64,000 bases of DNA. Source: Bacilli bacterium (lineage in GTDB: Bacteria; Bacillota_I; Bacilli_A; RF39; UBA660). Made by a program: the position numbers and the translations under genes. Under the pieces are notes generated by a model. That model was not told where the DNA came from and searched no databases. It worked only from the letters and a program-made list of their open reading frames with translations. The stretch spans positions 10,329-74,328 of the forward strand of contig JAFXXB010000020.1 in the NCBI GenBank assembly GCA_017542465.1, read 5' to 3'. How positions within the stretch are numbered: position 1 is the stretch's first letter; every line of letters starts with the position of its first letter. Positions 17,722 through 29,160 of the stretch are shown piece after piece.

Positions 17722-18463
17722 AATTTCCACTTCCTTTAAATCCCTTTTGATATAATTTCATCTTTACTCTTTTATCTAATTCATATCCAGAGTATTTTTT
17801 AGATAATTGATTATAGATCTTTACTTTCTCTTTTTCATATATCTCTTTATCTATTATATCATATCTATTTAATATACTTAATATATCTTCTTTATTATAT
17901 CCTAAGTTTACTAAATATAATATTATTTTATTCTTTAATACATATGATGAATCTTTTTTATTTGTACTTATTCTCTTAGATATAATTGTATCTATTCTAT
18001 CATTCCAAATATCACTTGATATAGTATTTAATTGATTATCTATATCTTCGCCTTTATAACCTAGATTCATTAATTCTTCTTTTATTATAATAGGTCCTTC
18101 ATGAGATAGGTTTATTCTATCATTTATGTATGCTTTTAAATATAATTCTTCATTCAAAAAATTATTATCATATAATAATTTAATTGTTTTATTAATTATA
18201 TTATTTGGTATATCTTTCTTTTTTAAGTATTCTCTTATTTCTTTTTCACATCTCATCTTTCTATTAATATATTTAATAGATTCATAGTAAGATGTTAATT
18301 CATCATTTGATGATAATACTTCATCCAATTCTTTTTTAGTTATATCTTTTTTAGTTAATAAATGATACTTAATAATTATATCATCATATAATTTATATTC
18401 ATCATCATCTATAATAACTTTATATTTATTAGTTTTATCTTTAATAAACTTTTCTATCTTCAT
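17711..18463 (-). CDS. recX: RecX regulatory protein
   Basis: MKIEKFIK...YINRKMRCEKEIREYL...GPIIIKEEL...KLYQKGF; start moved to Met 18463. Confidence 0.8.
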   Translation of the reverse strand: MKIEKFIKDKTNKYKVIIDDDEYKLYDDIIIKYHLLTKKDITKKELDEVLSSNDELTSYYESIKYINRKMRCEKEIREYLKKKDIPNNIINKTIKLLYDNNFLNEELYLKAYINDRINLSHEGPIIIKEELMNLGYKGEDIDNQLNTISSDIWNDRIDTIISKRISTNKKDSSYVLKNKIILYLVNLGYNKEDILSILNRYDIIDKEIYEKEKVKIYNQLSKKYSGYELDKRVKMKLYQKGFKGSGNYEE

Positions 18464-18525
18464 GATAACACCTTCAAATGTATTATACTTATAACAAAAT
18501 AAAAAAAGCAAGATAAATCTTACTC

Positions 18526-19863
18526 TTATAATCCTAATAAAATAGTTGCTATTTTAAAATATATTATTAAAGAACATGCATCTACAATTGTTGTAATAAA
18601 AGGAGATGCCATGACTGCTGGGTCAAATCCAATTCTTTTAGCTATAATTGGTAATGATGATCCAATAAACTTAGCAACACATACTGTTAATACTAAAGTA
18701 CCACATACAACAAATGCTATAGTCATCTCAACTTTATCTAGTAACATTAGTTTAGCAAAGTTAGCAATAGCAAGTGTTATACCACATAATAAAGACACTC
18801 TTACTTCTTTCCATATAACTTTAAATGTATCTTTAAATTCTATTTCATTTAAAGATAAACTTCTTATAACTGAAACTGATGCTTGAGATCCAGCATTACC
18901 GCCTGTATCCATAAGCATTGGTATAAATGCAGTTAATACTACATATGATGCTAAAGCTGATTCAAAGTGTGTAATAATACCACCTGTAAATGTAGCAGAA
19001 ATCATAAGTAATAATAACCAAGGTATTCTCTTATAGAATGTTTCAAATACACCTGTATTCATATATGATTTATCTGTTGGAGTGATGGCTGCCATCTTTT
19101 CGATATCCTCTGTTGCTTCTTCTTCGATAACGTCGATGATATCATCAATTGTGATGATACCAACAAGTCTGTTTTCCATATCAACAACAGGCATTGATGA
19201 GTAGTCATAATCTTGGAACATATCTGCAACTTCCTCTTGGTCCATTAAAGTTGGAATCATATGTTCAACATCATGCATAACATCATCTATTAACATCTCA
19301 GGATCATTTATTAATATATCTTTAACTGTTACATAACCAAGCAAGTGTCTTTCATTATCAGTAACATAACAACTATCATATGTAACAAAGTCATCTTTTT
19401 GTTTTCTTATCCTCTCTATTGATTGTCTAATAGTTAAACCTTTTTTAAGATGAATATATTCCATAGCCATTAAAGAACCAGCTGAGTTGTCTGGATATCT
19501 TAATAACTTATTAATTGTAGCTCTTGTTTCTTTAGACACATTAGTTAATAACTTAGATATCATAACTGCAGGCATCTCATCAAAAAGGTCTGCTAAGTCA
19601 TCTGAATACATATCTTCAATTAAGAAAGTTGCTTCTTTATTTGATAAGGCATTAATTAATTTCTTTTGTACTTCATCTTCCATGTTTGTAAAAACGTCTG
19701 ATGCAATATTTTTAGGAAGTAATCTAAAAGCTTGTATTAATCTATCTTCAGGTAAATCTTCAATCAACTCTGCAATATCGAATTCATTCATATCATTATA
19801 AATATTTTTAATATCAGAGTATTTCTTATTAGTTAATAATTCTTCAAAATAATTTAAATCCAT
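18526..19863 (-). CDS. mgtE: Magnesium transporter MgtE
   Basis: CBS pair, RIPWLLLL, DTGGNAGSQ, DPAVMASPFITTIVD. Confidence 0.95.
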   Translation of the reverse strand: MDLNYFEELLTNKKYSDIKNIYNDMNEFDIAELIEDLPEDRLIQAFRLLPKNIASDVFTNMEDEVQKKLINALSNKEATFLIEDMYSDDLADLFDEMPAVMISKLLTNVSKETRATINKLLRYPDNSAGSLMAMEYIHLKKGLTIRQSIERIRKQKDDFVTYDSCYVTDNERHLLGYVTVKDILINDPEMLIDDVMHDVEHMIPTLMDQEEVADMFQDYDYSSMPVVDMENRLVGIITIDDIIDVIEEEATEDIEKMAAITPTDKSYMNTGVFETFYKRIPWLLLLMISATFTGGIITHFESALASYVVLTAFIPMLMDTGGNAGSQASVSVIRSLSLNEIEFKDTFKVIWKEVRVSLLCGITLAIANFAKLMLLDKVEMTIAFVVCGTLVLTVCVAKFIGSSLPIIAKRIGFDPAVMASPFITTIVDACSLIIYFKIATILLGL

Positions 19864-19985
19864 ATTAACAACTCCCTTCAAGGCTTGATTATTATATCAC
19901 GATTTTATTATAAAACACAAAAAGAAATAAACATATATTTTAAGTAAAATAAAAAGAGAGTTAACACTCTCTTTTCACAAGTAAA

Positions 19986-20351
19986 TTATCCTTGATATTT
20001 AGCATCACCAAATGCTAATAAAGCCCAACCAATTGGAGCAACAAACATTAATAATAATGCAGTTAATATTCCTTTACCAAATGCCTTAGCAAATTTGATT
20101 GGAACATAAATACACATAAAGATGTTTGCGATTGGAATGATATATAAAAGAATCATCCAAACTGGAATATGAGCTATATCTAATTCAACAATAACGTTGA
20201 AAATTGGAATTATAGCTGCCCATCCTTGGCGTCCTGCTTTTTTGAATGTCATCCACATACAAACAAGTTGGAAAATACCAACTGCTAATGCAATAATATA
20301 AACAACAGCAGAAGCACCAGTAATCATTGTATTAACATCATCCATATTCAA
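19986..20351 (-). CDS. DUF5684-like small membrane protein
   Basis: WMTFKKAGRQGWAAIIPIFN...LAFGDAKYQG. Confidence 0.75.
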   Translation of the reverse strand: MNMDDVNTMITGASAVVYIIALAVGIFQLVCMWMTFKKAGRQGWAAIIPIFNVIVELDIAHIPVWMILLYIIPIANIFMCIYVPIKFAKAFGKGILTALLLMFVAPIGWALLAFGDAKYQG

Positions 20352-20415
20352 ATCGTTTCCTTTCTATTTTTATTAAAACACATTTTGTGTACTATATCAA
20401 TAAAAAATACATCAG

Positions 20416-21651
20416 TTATCTTGATGTATTTTTAACATATTCACTTGGAGTATTTACTACACCAGTAAATAATAAAGTATTGTTTTTCTTATCTCTTATC
20501 ATATATAAGAAAGGTTTGTTGAAAGATATATTAATTATATCATATTCTTCTCTTATTGCAGTTGCTTTATCTAATCCAAAATAAGTAACAGCTGCAGCTT
20601 TAGTTCCCTTTTCATTTAAATCTATATATGTTTTGTGAATAGCTGTTGATACATATAGATTTTCTATACCAACCTTCTTCATATAATTTCTAGCAATAAT
20701 ATTTGTAAAATCTGCATTCTTTTCATCAAAAGCATCAGTCATGCCCATGTCCTTTAACATTTCCATAAATTTATTATAATCATATGAATAAGAGAACTTA
20801 GGTAAACCTAAATTAATATGTAGACTTCTACTAGAAGATCTTTTACTTTCTTCTAATGTTTCAAATTCTTTCTTATCTAACTTTTTAATATATTCATCAA
20901 TATTTTCATCTGGCATTATTGCTATGAATTCAAGATTTGTATCATCCTTATATGGAATAATAATTCCTTGAGCTTTTTTAGACTTAATATAATATGCTCC
21001 ATCATCAGATTCATAACTATTATGCATCATATTAACATTCATCTTTGTTCCATCTTTTTTAGTGAACTCTGCATTTCTAGTTGCTGCTCCATCAAATGGT
21101 TGTTTCCATTCAACATCTATAGCGATAGCATTAGCTAAACCTAAAACAAAATCTTTACTTATATCATTTAATAAAGTTGGTATCATTCCATCAGTTTTTT
21201 CATTAACCCATTTATTAATTACTTCTGGAGTATCGAACTTATCATATAATAATTCAGCTTTATGATTATCTTTTAATAATTTAACATAGTTATTTTCTAT
21301 AACATCTTTGTATTGATCTTTTATAAATACACCATTTGCATCTTTAACTGAATTGTTATTAATAGCTTTTGTGTTATTTCCAATTAACTTTTCAATTTGG
21401 GCTTTTGTGTTTCCACTTGCTCCATCTTTTAACATAGCCATTGCTTGTTCCATTGAATATGGTGAAACTAAATAATTATCATTATTCTTTTCATTAGTTC
21501 TTTTTAATACTTCAAGATTAAAATCACTTTCAATAATTACTGTTCTTTCATGTTTATTATATTTATTCATTATAAATAAGTATAAAACAAGTGTTATTAC
21601 AGTTATAATAAGAAATACACTACAAATAAAAACTACTTTATTGTTTCTCAT
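20416..21651 (-). CDS. Membrane-anchored serpin (serine protease inhibitor)
   Basis: N-terminal TM; NYLVSPYS, INKWVNEKTDGMI, hinge EKGTKAAAVT, FNKPFLYMIRD. Confidence 0.92.
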   Translation of the reverse strand: MRNNKVVFICSVFLIITVITLVLYLFIMNKYNKHERTVIIESDFNLEVLKRTNEKNNDNYLVSPYSMEQAMAMLKDGASGNTKAQIEKLIGNNTKAINNNSVKDANGVFIKDQYKDVIENNYVKLLKDNHKAELLYDKFDTPEVINKWVNEKTDGMIPTLLNDISKDFVLGLANAIAIDVEWKQPFDGAATRNAEFTKKDGTKMNVNMMHNSYESDDGAYYIKSKKAQGIIIPYKDDTNLEFIAIMPDENIDEYIKKLDKKEFETLEESKRSSSRSLHINLGLPKFSYSYDYNKFMEMLKDMGMTDAFDEKNADFTNIIARNYMKKVGIENLYVSTAIHKTYIDLNEKGTKAAAVTYFGLDKATAIREEYDIINISFNKPFLYMIRDKKNNTLLFTGVVNTPSEYVKNTSR

Positions 21652-21659
21652 ATATCCTC

Positions 21660-22250
21660 CTATTTAAATATATTTATTATAAAATCTATTATACTTTGAT
21701 TATAACATATAAAACCAAATATTACTCCACATACAGCACCAGTTAAATGTCCATAGTGGGCTACTCCATCTTTATGAAATAACTGTCTTACTTCATCTAT
21801 AAAATAGAATAGTATTATAAACACTAATGTTAATGGAATCTTATCAGACATATTAACAAATGCTGATAAAGCAATTAACATAAATACTATATTTGATGCT
21901 CCCATAATTCTATACTTACCTATTATGAAATTTATAATAGCAGTCACAAATGCAGTTATTAATATCATGATAAGAAGATTAAGACTTCCATATTTTTCTT
22001 CTATCATAGGACCAAGTAATAATATCTTTAAAAAGTTTGAACTAAAATGCATCCAATCTCTGTGTCCTAATATATTAGTAAAAAATCTAATCCATGTAGT
22101 AGGTTTTAATAAAGATGCTCTTTCACTTGAAAACAAGAAATTACTTTTACCTCTAGTAAACCATCCTATTATTAATACAATGAAAGATAGTATAAAGAAT
22201 GTTAAAGTAACATATGCATTATATTCAAAATATTTAAATACCTCACTCAT
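21660..22250 (-). CDS. Rhomboid-family intramembrane serine protease
   Basis: HRDWMHFSSN, GASNIVF (catalytic Ser), HYGHLTG (His). Confidence 0.85.
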   Translation of the reverse strand: MSEVFKYFEYNAYVTLTFFILSFIVLIIGWFTRGKSNFLFSSERASLLKPTTWIRFFTNILGHRDWMHFSSNFLKILLLGPMIEEKYGSLNLLIMILITAFVTAIINFIIGKYRIMGASNIVFMLIALSAFVNMSDKIPLTLVFIILFYFIDEVRQLFHKDGVAHYGHLTGAVCGVIFGFICYNQSIIDFIINIFK

Positions 22251-22290
22251 ATTATCACCTATTATAATTATAACATAAAAAAGAAGAATA

Positions 22291-24837
22291 CTATTTATCC
22301 TTCTTTTTAATTTCTTTAATCTTATATAATAAATTAATTGCTTCTATAGGTGTAGTATTAAGTGGATCTATTTTATCTATAAAGTCATCTAATTCAGATG
22401 ATTTCTTATGTTCAAAATCCATACTTATTTGTTCTACATGTGTATCTCTACCCTTTTTCTTAGAATTATCTTCATACACATTAAGTATTGCTCTAGCATT
22501 TTGTAATACTTCATCAGGTAATCCTGCAAGCTTAGCTACATGAATACCATATGACTTATCTACAGCACCATCCATGATCTTATGTAAGAACACTACATTG
22601 CCATCTTCTTCTCTTGCTTCAACATGAACATTCTTAATAGATGGTATTCTCTTATCTAAATCAGTTAACTCATGATAATGTGTACTAAACATAGTCTTAC
22701 ATTTAACTTTCTCTGAAATGTATTCAAGTATTGCTCTAGCTAAAGACATACCATCAAATGTAGCAGTACCTCTACCTAACTCATCAAATAAAACTAATGA
22801 TTTATCAGTTGCACCGACTAAAGCATTTTTAGCTTCAATCATTTCAACCATGAAAGTAGATTCACCAGATACTAAATCATCTGATGCACCAATTCTTGTA
22901 AATATCTTATCAAAGATTGGTAATGTTGCTTCATCAGCTGGTACAAATGAACCCATTTGAGCCATGATAACAGTTATAGCTAGTTGTCTCATATAAGTTG
23001 ATTTACCTGACATATTAGGTCCAGTTATTAATAATGTATTAGTATTTTCATCCATCAATATATCATTCTTAATATATTGATTATTAGATACTACTTCTAC
23101 AACTGGATGAGATCCATTTTTAATATCTATTATTCTCTTTTCAGTTAATGTAGGTCTAACTAAATGTTGTTCTTCAGATACTATTGATAATGAAGATAAT
23201 ACATCTAGTTCAGCTAAGATTCTTGCCGACTCTTTTAACTTAAATATTTCTTTTTTAATTCTTTCTCTTATTTCAGTAAATAAATTATATTCAAGTTCAA
23301 TAATCTTTTCTTCAGCATTTAAAATTAATGCTTCTTTTTCTTTTAACTCAGGTGATATATATCTTTCAGCACCTGTTAATGTTTGTCTTCTTTCCCAATT
23401 TAGGTTCTCAGGTACATTAGCTATTTGTCCTTTAGTTATTTCAATGTAATAACCAAATACTTTGTTATAACCTACTTTAAGATTATTAATTCCTGTTTCT
23501 TGTTTTAACTTTTCTTCTATAGAAGAAATAAAGTTCTTTCCACCTTTTCTTATTTCCTTAAGTTCATCTAATTCTTTGTTATATCCATCTTTAATTAGAT
23601 ATCCTTCTTTAACAGTTATAGGTGGTTCTTCATATATTGCTTCTTCAAGTAAATTATATAATTCTGAATGATCATTTAGTTTTAACTTATAACCTAATTC
23701 ATTTATTATTCTAGTTATATCAGGTAATACTTTTAAACTATTCTTAATTTGAAGAACATCCCTTGCATTTAAATTACCACATGAAACTTTTCCACATAAT
23801 CTCTCTAAATCATATACTTCATATAAATCATTTCTTAATTCATCTCTTAACATAAAATTCTTATTTAAAGAATCAATATAATCATATCTTTGATTAATAT
23901 CATCTATATCTTTTAAAGGATTCATTAAGAAGTATTTAAGCATTCTTGCACCCATGGCAGTTTTAGTTTTATCGAGTAACCAAATAAGTGAATACTTTCT
24001 TTCTTTTAATCTAATAGTTTCAATTAATTCAAGATTACGTACTGTATGTACATCCATCTCTAAGTATTTATCTTTCTTAATAATATTAACATGAGATAAA
24101 TGAGATAAATCTTTTAATTGATCTGTATGAAGATAATATAATAAATGTTTAATACCATATATTATTCTTTCATCTTCTATATCTTCATATATACTACTAT
24201 ATTCATCTTCAAGTATATTATCTTCTATAGATATATTAATACTATAATTATTCTTTAATACATTAAGTAAATCTATAGGAAATTCATTTGTAATAACTAC
24301 TTCTTTAACATTTATATTTAACAATTCATTTATAAGTTCATCTTCATTATGATTAATATAACAAGAGTTGACTTCACCTGTTGAGATATCTATATAAGTT
24401 AATAGATATGTATATTGTAAGTCTTCAACTGATGCTATATAGTTAAAGTCTTTGTCATTTAAGAATTCTAAGTCTACCATAGTACCACGAGTCACTACTT
24501 CAACTACTTCTCTTTTAACCATACCTTTAGCCGTCTTAGGATCTTCCACTTGTTCAACTATTGCAACTTTATATCCTTTATCTACTAGCTTTTCAATATA
24601 ACTCTTAGCAGAATGATGAGGTACTCCACACATAGGTACTCTTTCTTTTAATCCTGCATTCTTACCAGTTAATGTTAGTTCTAATTCTCTTGATGCTATT
24701 TCTGAATCTTCAAAAAATAATTCATAAAAGTCACCTATACGATAAAATAATAAAGTATCTAAATATTTATCTTTAATCTCCATGTATTGTAACATCATAG
24801 GAGATAATTCAGATCTATTAACCTCACTTCTTATCAT
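22291..24837 (-). CDS. mutS: DNA mismatch repair protein MutS
   Basis: GDFYELF, TGPNMSGKSTY, STFMVEM, DELGRGT, FSTHYHELT. Confidence 0.97.
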   Translation of the reverse strand: MIRSEVNRSELSPMMLQYMEIKDKYLDTLLFYRIGDFYELFFEDSEIASRELELTLTGKNAGLKERVPMCGVPHHSAKSYIEKLVDKGYKVAIVEQVEDPKTAKGMVKREVVEVVTRGTMVDLEFLNDKDFNYIASVEDLQYTYLLTYIDISTGEVNSCYINHNEDELINELLNINVKEVVITNEFPIDLLNVLKNNYSINISIEDNILEDEYSSIYEDIEDERIIYGIKHLLYYLHTDQLKDLSHLSHVNIIKKDKYLEMDVHTVRNLELIETIRLKERKYSLIWLLDKTKTAMGARMLKYFLMNPLKDIDDINQRYDYIDSLNKNFMLRDELRNDLYEVYDLERLCGKVSCGNLNARDVLQIKNSLKVLPDITRIINELGYKLKLNDHSELYNLLEEAIYEEPPITVKEGYLIKDGYNKELDELKEIRKGGKNFISSIEEKLKQETGINNLKVGYNKVFGYYIEITKGQIANVPENLNWERRQTLTGAERYISPELKEKEALILNAEEKIIELEYNLFTEIRERIKKEIFKLKESARILAELDVLSSLSIVSEEQHLVRPTLTEKRIIDIKNGSHPVVEVVSNNQYIKNDILMDENTNTLLITGPNMSGKSTYMRQLAITVIMAQMGSFVPADEATLPIFDKIFTRIGASDDLVSGESTFMVEMIEAKNALVGATDKSLVLFDELGRGTATFDGMSLARAILEYISEKVKCKTMFSTHYHELTDLDKRIPSIKNVHVEAREEDGNVVFLHKIMDGAVDKSYGIHVAKLAGLPDEVLQNARAILNVYEDNSKKKGRDTHVEQISMDFEHKKSSELDDFIDKIDPLNTTPIEAINLLYKIKEIKKKDK

Positions 24838-24889
24838 ATTAACCACCTGTACTACCTATTATATAATTTTTTAAACAAAATAAAAAGAA

Positions 24890-25882
24890 CTAATTATAGT
24901 TCTTTAAATCTTCAAGTACTTGATCAAAAGTATCTGCTTTTAATAATTTAATATTATAATGGTTTTCTTTAATCACTTGTTCTGCTTCTTCATAGTTTGC
25001 AGATGGCACAATAAATAAATCAACTTTATTCTTTGCAGCTCCTTTAATCTTATATTTAACACCTGCAATTTCACCTACCGAACCATCTATTTCTATTGTT
25101 CCAGTTCCAGCTATCTTCATGCCTTTAGTTATATCTTCTTCTACAAGTGCATCATATATTGATAAAGCCAATATTAAACCACCTGATGAACCAGATTCTT
25201 TTTTATCTTCTTTATATTTTATATCTGGTTCTTTATCAAAGTCATATGAAAGAGTAAATATAATATGTAACATATTATCATCTAACACCTTTGATTTAGT
25301 TGAAACTTCTTTATTATTTCTTAATACTGTTATAGTAACTTCATCATCCTCAGAATGATTATCAATACATGTCTTTATATCATCAAAATCATTAATGTCT
25401 AAATCATCACATTTAAGTACTTCATCGCCAATTGATAAACTTGATGATGCTTCTGGATATTTATAATAAACAAATACATGATTCTTAATAATATCTATCT
25501 TCTTTTCAGCTTTAGTATAAGCTGTAAGTGTTGCAAGTGAGATGGATTGTTTCATTAACAAATCACTGCGTTTTAATCTATCATTAATAGTTTCATTATC
25601 AGCTGTTATATCTTCATTCTTTACTATATCTTGTGAAGGAACAAGTTTAGCTATCATCAAGTTAAATATAGTTCCTTTTCTATAAGTCACATAAGTCATA
25701 TTAAATGAACCTTTGGATTCATATAATTTATTACTTAATCTCTCTCCAACATTATCTAATCCACCAGGTGAATAAACTGAATAATCTAATTCAATAAACT
25801 CACATGCAATTAAACCTAATAGAATGATATAGATAATTATAAATATTATATTGTTTTTTATAAATGCTAACACCTTCTTCAT
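24890..25882 (-). CDS. YlbL-like PDZ + Lon-protease (S16) domain protein
   Basis: SGSSGGL catalytic Ser region, AGTGTIEIDGSVGEIAGVKYK. Confidence 0.85.
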   Translation of the reverse strand: MKKVLAFIKNNIIFIIIYIILLGLIACEFIELDYSVYSPGGLDNVGERLSNKLYESKGSFNMTYVTYRKGTIFNLMIAKLVPSQDIVKNEDITADNETINDRLKRSDLLMKQSISLATLTAYTKAEKKIDIIKNHVFVYYKYPEASSSLSIGDEVLKCDDLDINDFDDIKTCIDNHSEDDEVTITVLRNNKEVSTKSKVLDDNMLHIIFTLSYDFDKEPDIKYKEDKKESGSSGGLILALSIYDALVEEDITKGMKIAGTGTIEIDGSVGEIAGVKYKIKGAAKNKVDLFIVPSANYEEAEQVIKENHYNIKLLKADTFDQVLEDLKNYN

Positions 25883-25883
25883 A

Positions 25884-26816
25884 TTAATCACCTATATACT
25901 TTAGTGCTTTACTTATAAAATCTTTAAAAGTAATTACTAATATTCCTCGATAATTACAACTATAATTATGATATAATTCTAAAGTTCTTTTTGGTGGAAT
26001 AATACTACAATTATCTAAATAATATTTTGTTAATGGTTTCATCCATTCAAATAATTCATCCTTAATATCTAAATTATAATTAACTTGATACATATAATAT
26101 AAATACATAATAGCTGTTGTTGATATATCAGTGATAACATATCTATCAAATCCGCATTCAATACCTTTATTGATAGCGTACATAGTATTCTCAACAAAAC
26201 TTTTAAATGTTCTATACTCTTCATTTTCATCTTTATCATGAGTTAAAGACTTATCATTAAACTTATAAAAATATGTAGGAGTATTAGAATACACATACTT
26301 TGGTTGAGACATTAATACTATTTCATGGAATGATGAATCTTCATGTCTATATGAATTATTAAATCTAATATTATATTTATCCAAAAGAGATCTTCTATAC
26401 ATCTTTCCATGTAAGCATCTATCATGATCATTATAGTAAGTAATAGATTTATCTGGATTTTCAAATAAAGTTAAACCAATCCCTAAATCTTTTCCATCCA
26501 TTTTTTTAAGTAAATCACTTATAGCTTTTCTATTAATAAACATATCATCTGCATCAATAAACATTATATATTCATTATTGGATATATCTAACCCTTTATT
26601 CCTACATGCACCAGGGCCTGAATTTTTATCTAATCGAGTTAAAGATATATCTAATTTATCTTTAAAATCATCAATTAAATAATCATATGGTTTTTCAGAA
26701 CAATCATCTACAATATATACTTTTATATCCTTAACTATATCTTGCATACATATAGAAAATAATGTTTTATGAATTGTTTCATGAGCATTATAAGCAGGCA
26801 TAATTATATCTATCAT
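25884..26816 (-). CDS. Glycosyltransferase family 2
   Basis: IIMPAYN, VDDCS, NSGPGACRN, FIDADD. Confidence 0.88.
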   Translation of the reverse strand: MIDIIMPAYNAHETIHKTLFSICMQDIVKDIKVYIVDDCSEKPYDYLIDDFKDKLDISLTRLDKNSGPGACRNKGLDISNNEYIMFIDADDMFINRKAISDLLKKMDGKDLGIGLTLFENPDKSITYYNDHDRCLHGKMYRRSLLDKYNIRFNNSYRHEDSSFHEIVLMSQPKYVYSNTPTYFYKFNDKSLTHDKDENEEYRTFKSFVENTMYAINKGIECGFDRYVITDISTTAIMYLYYMYQVNYNLDIKDELFEWMKPLTKYYLDNCSIIPPKRTLELYHNYSCNYRGILVITFKDFISKALKYIGD

Positions 26817-26817
26817 C

Positions 26818-27759
26818 TTACTCACCTGCCTTATCTAAAAACTCACCAAATGTAATCGATGGTTTTATTATCATATCTAAATCATATTTCATTAATGAAT
26901 AACCTAACTGAGATTTATATAAGTCTTTTTGATATTTGAAATGTTCTTTATTATCCATATAATAATTTCTTAAGACCTTAGCATATTTTAAGAAATCCTC
27001 TTTACCAAATTCTAAGTAATAATAATAAATTGCATTTAAAGCACCAAAACTTCTTTCAGCAATAATAGATTTATTCTTGTTATTTTTTATACCAAATTCT
27101 ATAGCTTTAGTAATACTTTCAATATAACTATAAACTCCAGATAAACTAAATTCATGATTATTTCTTCTTGTTATACTATTAGGATTATAATCCCAACAAT
27201 AAGTTACATAATCCAAATAATTTCTTTTTGGCTCACATAAATAAATACAAGTATTATAATAATTATCTTCATTAGTTCTTATATCATTAAAATGAATATT
27301 ATTATCCATTAAAAACTCTCTTTTATATATTTTACCGTGTAGATATACTTCATCTATTTCATGTCTATAAGAATCATCTTTTCCAATTTCCATGAATACA
27401 CTTGAAACTAAATCTAAGTCTTTTTTACTTATCTCATTATATAAATATTCAATGGCATTTGGACAAGCAAAATAATCATCTGAATCAGCAAATACTATAT
27501 ACTTTGAAGTGCTATTCATTATACCTACTTCTCTAGCTGTTCCCGGTCCAGAGTTTTCATCTAATCTGATTGTTTTAATATCTAAATACTTTTTATACTT
27601 ATTAACTATATCTTCATAATCTTTATCAGATTTATCATCCATAATATATACTGATAGTTTCTCAGCCATAGTTTGATAACAAATAGAATCTAAAGTGCTA
27701 CATATAGTATCATGAGCATTATAAGCTGGAATAATAACATCAACTAGTTTTTCCATCAT
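26818..27759 (-). CDS. Glycosyltransferase family 2 (paralog of the neighbour)
   Basis: VIIPAYN, MDDKS, NSGPGTARE, FADSDD. Confidence 0.88.
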   Translation of the reverse strand: MMEKLVDVIIPAYNAHDTICSTLDSICYQTMAEKLSVYIMDDKSDKDYEDIVNKYKKYLDIKTIRLDENSGPGTAREVGIMNSTSKYIVFADSDDYFACPNAIEYLYNEISKKDLDLVSSVFMEIGKDDSYRHEIDEVYLHGKIYKREFLMDNNIHFNDIRTNEDNYYNTCIYLCEPKRNYLDYVTYCWDYNPNSITRRNNHEFSLSGVYSYIESITKAIEFGIKNNKNKSIIAERSFGALNAIYYYYLEFGKEDFLKYAKVLRNYYMDNKEHFKYQKDLYKSQLGYSLMKYDLDMIIKPSITFGEFLDKAGE

Positions 27760-27810
27760 TATCACCTTATAAAAATTATAACATAAAAAAAGCAGGTTTA
27801 TAACCTACTT

Positions 27811-29160
27811 TTAATGAATGTTAACTGTTATTTCAGTATTATTAGGAACAGCTATAACTCTTTCATCTGAAGTTGTTACAGTTACAGGAACTTTAAATGT
27901 ACCTTTTCCTAATCCTGCTAAATCTACTGTTGCATATACAGCGCTATCTTGAACTGAATTAATAGCTTCTTGAGTACCCTTTAATATAACTGATATAGTT
28001 CTTTCATTTGTTGATGCTTGAGCAGTTAAGTTAGATCCTAAGTTTGTATGAGAAACTATAATACCATCAATTGTTCTTTGCGCTTCTTCACCAACTGTAA
28101 TACTAATATTAGTCTTAGTTTCACTTAAATATCTAACTCCGTTAACCTTAATTAATTCAACAGACATTTGTTTATTTTCACTTAATCCATCAACATTAAC
28201 CTTAGCTTCAACTTCAGTTAACTTATCAAGAACATCTTTTTCACCATATACTTCAACATTCTTAACTGATGAAGATATAGATGCAATAGCTTTACCTGAT
28301 GCCATATTACCTTCTACAACAGTCTTAACTGGTAAAGTAACATGATATGAATCAATAGATACTGTAGCAGATATTCTAGAAGGAACAACTTCTACATTAC
28401 TTAATCTATTACCATAATCATCATAAGCAACTAATTCTACATCTTCTAATGTTTGAGTACCAGACTCTTTTAATGTTATCTTAGATGTATCAATTAATGC
28501 TTTAACTGTAGCTATCTTATTTAAGTTTTCTTGAGAAGACTTAGCAATAACCTCTGATGTATCTAATACTACTTTAGATACAGATAACTTCTTATCTAAT
28601 TTATTTTGATTTAATAAATCATATGTTAAAGGTTCAACTTCAGATACTTTTTCACTTATCTTAACTGTAATAGTTTGAGGATCAAGTTTATAAGTAACTG
28701 ATTCAACTGAATGATTATATTTGAATTTAACCTTATGTGTTCCAGGTCCATATCCAGATAAATCTAAATCAACAGCATGTTCACCTAATTGAGTAGCTAA
28801 GTATATAGATGACTTAGATCCAATTAATGTAATATCTACTGTATCAGGTACACCTTCAACTACATATAATTCATCATTATAAATTATATTAACCTTTTGA
28901 CCTTCAATTACTTCTGCTTCCTTTTCAGTCAAATTGATTACTCTTCTATCAACTAAGAAGAATAGTACAATTGCACATACTAGTGAAACATATATTAATA
29001 TATTAGGTCTATTTAAGATTTTTTCAAATCTAGAACTATTATCCTTTAAGAATCCTCTTAATCTATAAACTAATCTAGATATAGGAGTAACTATAAGGAA
29101 ATCAATTATTTTATATATACCTTTAAATAACCAAATTATTGGTGCAAATATCTTACTCAT
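27811..29160 (-). CDS. cdaR: CdaR/YbbR regulator of diadenylate cyclase
   Basis: TM followed by repeated YbbR-type beta domains; overlaps cdaA. Confidence 0.85.
   Translation of the reverse strand: MSKIFAPIIWLFKGIYKIIDFLIVTPISRLVYRLRGFLKDNSSRFEKILNRPNILIYVSLVCAIVLFFLVDRRVINLTEKEAEVIEGQKVNIIYNDELYVVEGVPDTVDITLIGSKSSIYLATQLGEHAVDLDLSGYGPGTHKVKFKYNHSVESVTYKLDPQTITVKISEKVSEVEPLTYDLLNQNKLDKKLSVSKVVLDTSEVIAKSSQENLNKIATVKALIDTSKITLKESGTQTLEDVELVAYDDYGNRLSNVEVVPSRISATVSIDSYHVTLPVKTVVEGNMASGKAIASISSSVKNVEVYGEKDVLDKLTEVEAKVNVDGLSENKQMSVELIKVNGVRYLSETKTNISITVGEEAQRTIDGIIVSHTNLGSNLTAQASTNERTISVILKGTQEAINSVQDSAVYATVDLAGLGKGTFKVPVTVTTSDERVIAVPNNTEITVNIH

Noticed and set aside
19864-19985. M-box (Mg2+) riboswitch ahead of mgtE
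   Set aside because: The intergenic stretch is short and AT-rich, partly taken up by a terminator, with no M-box consensus.
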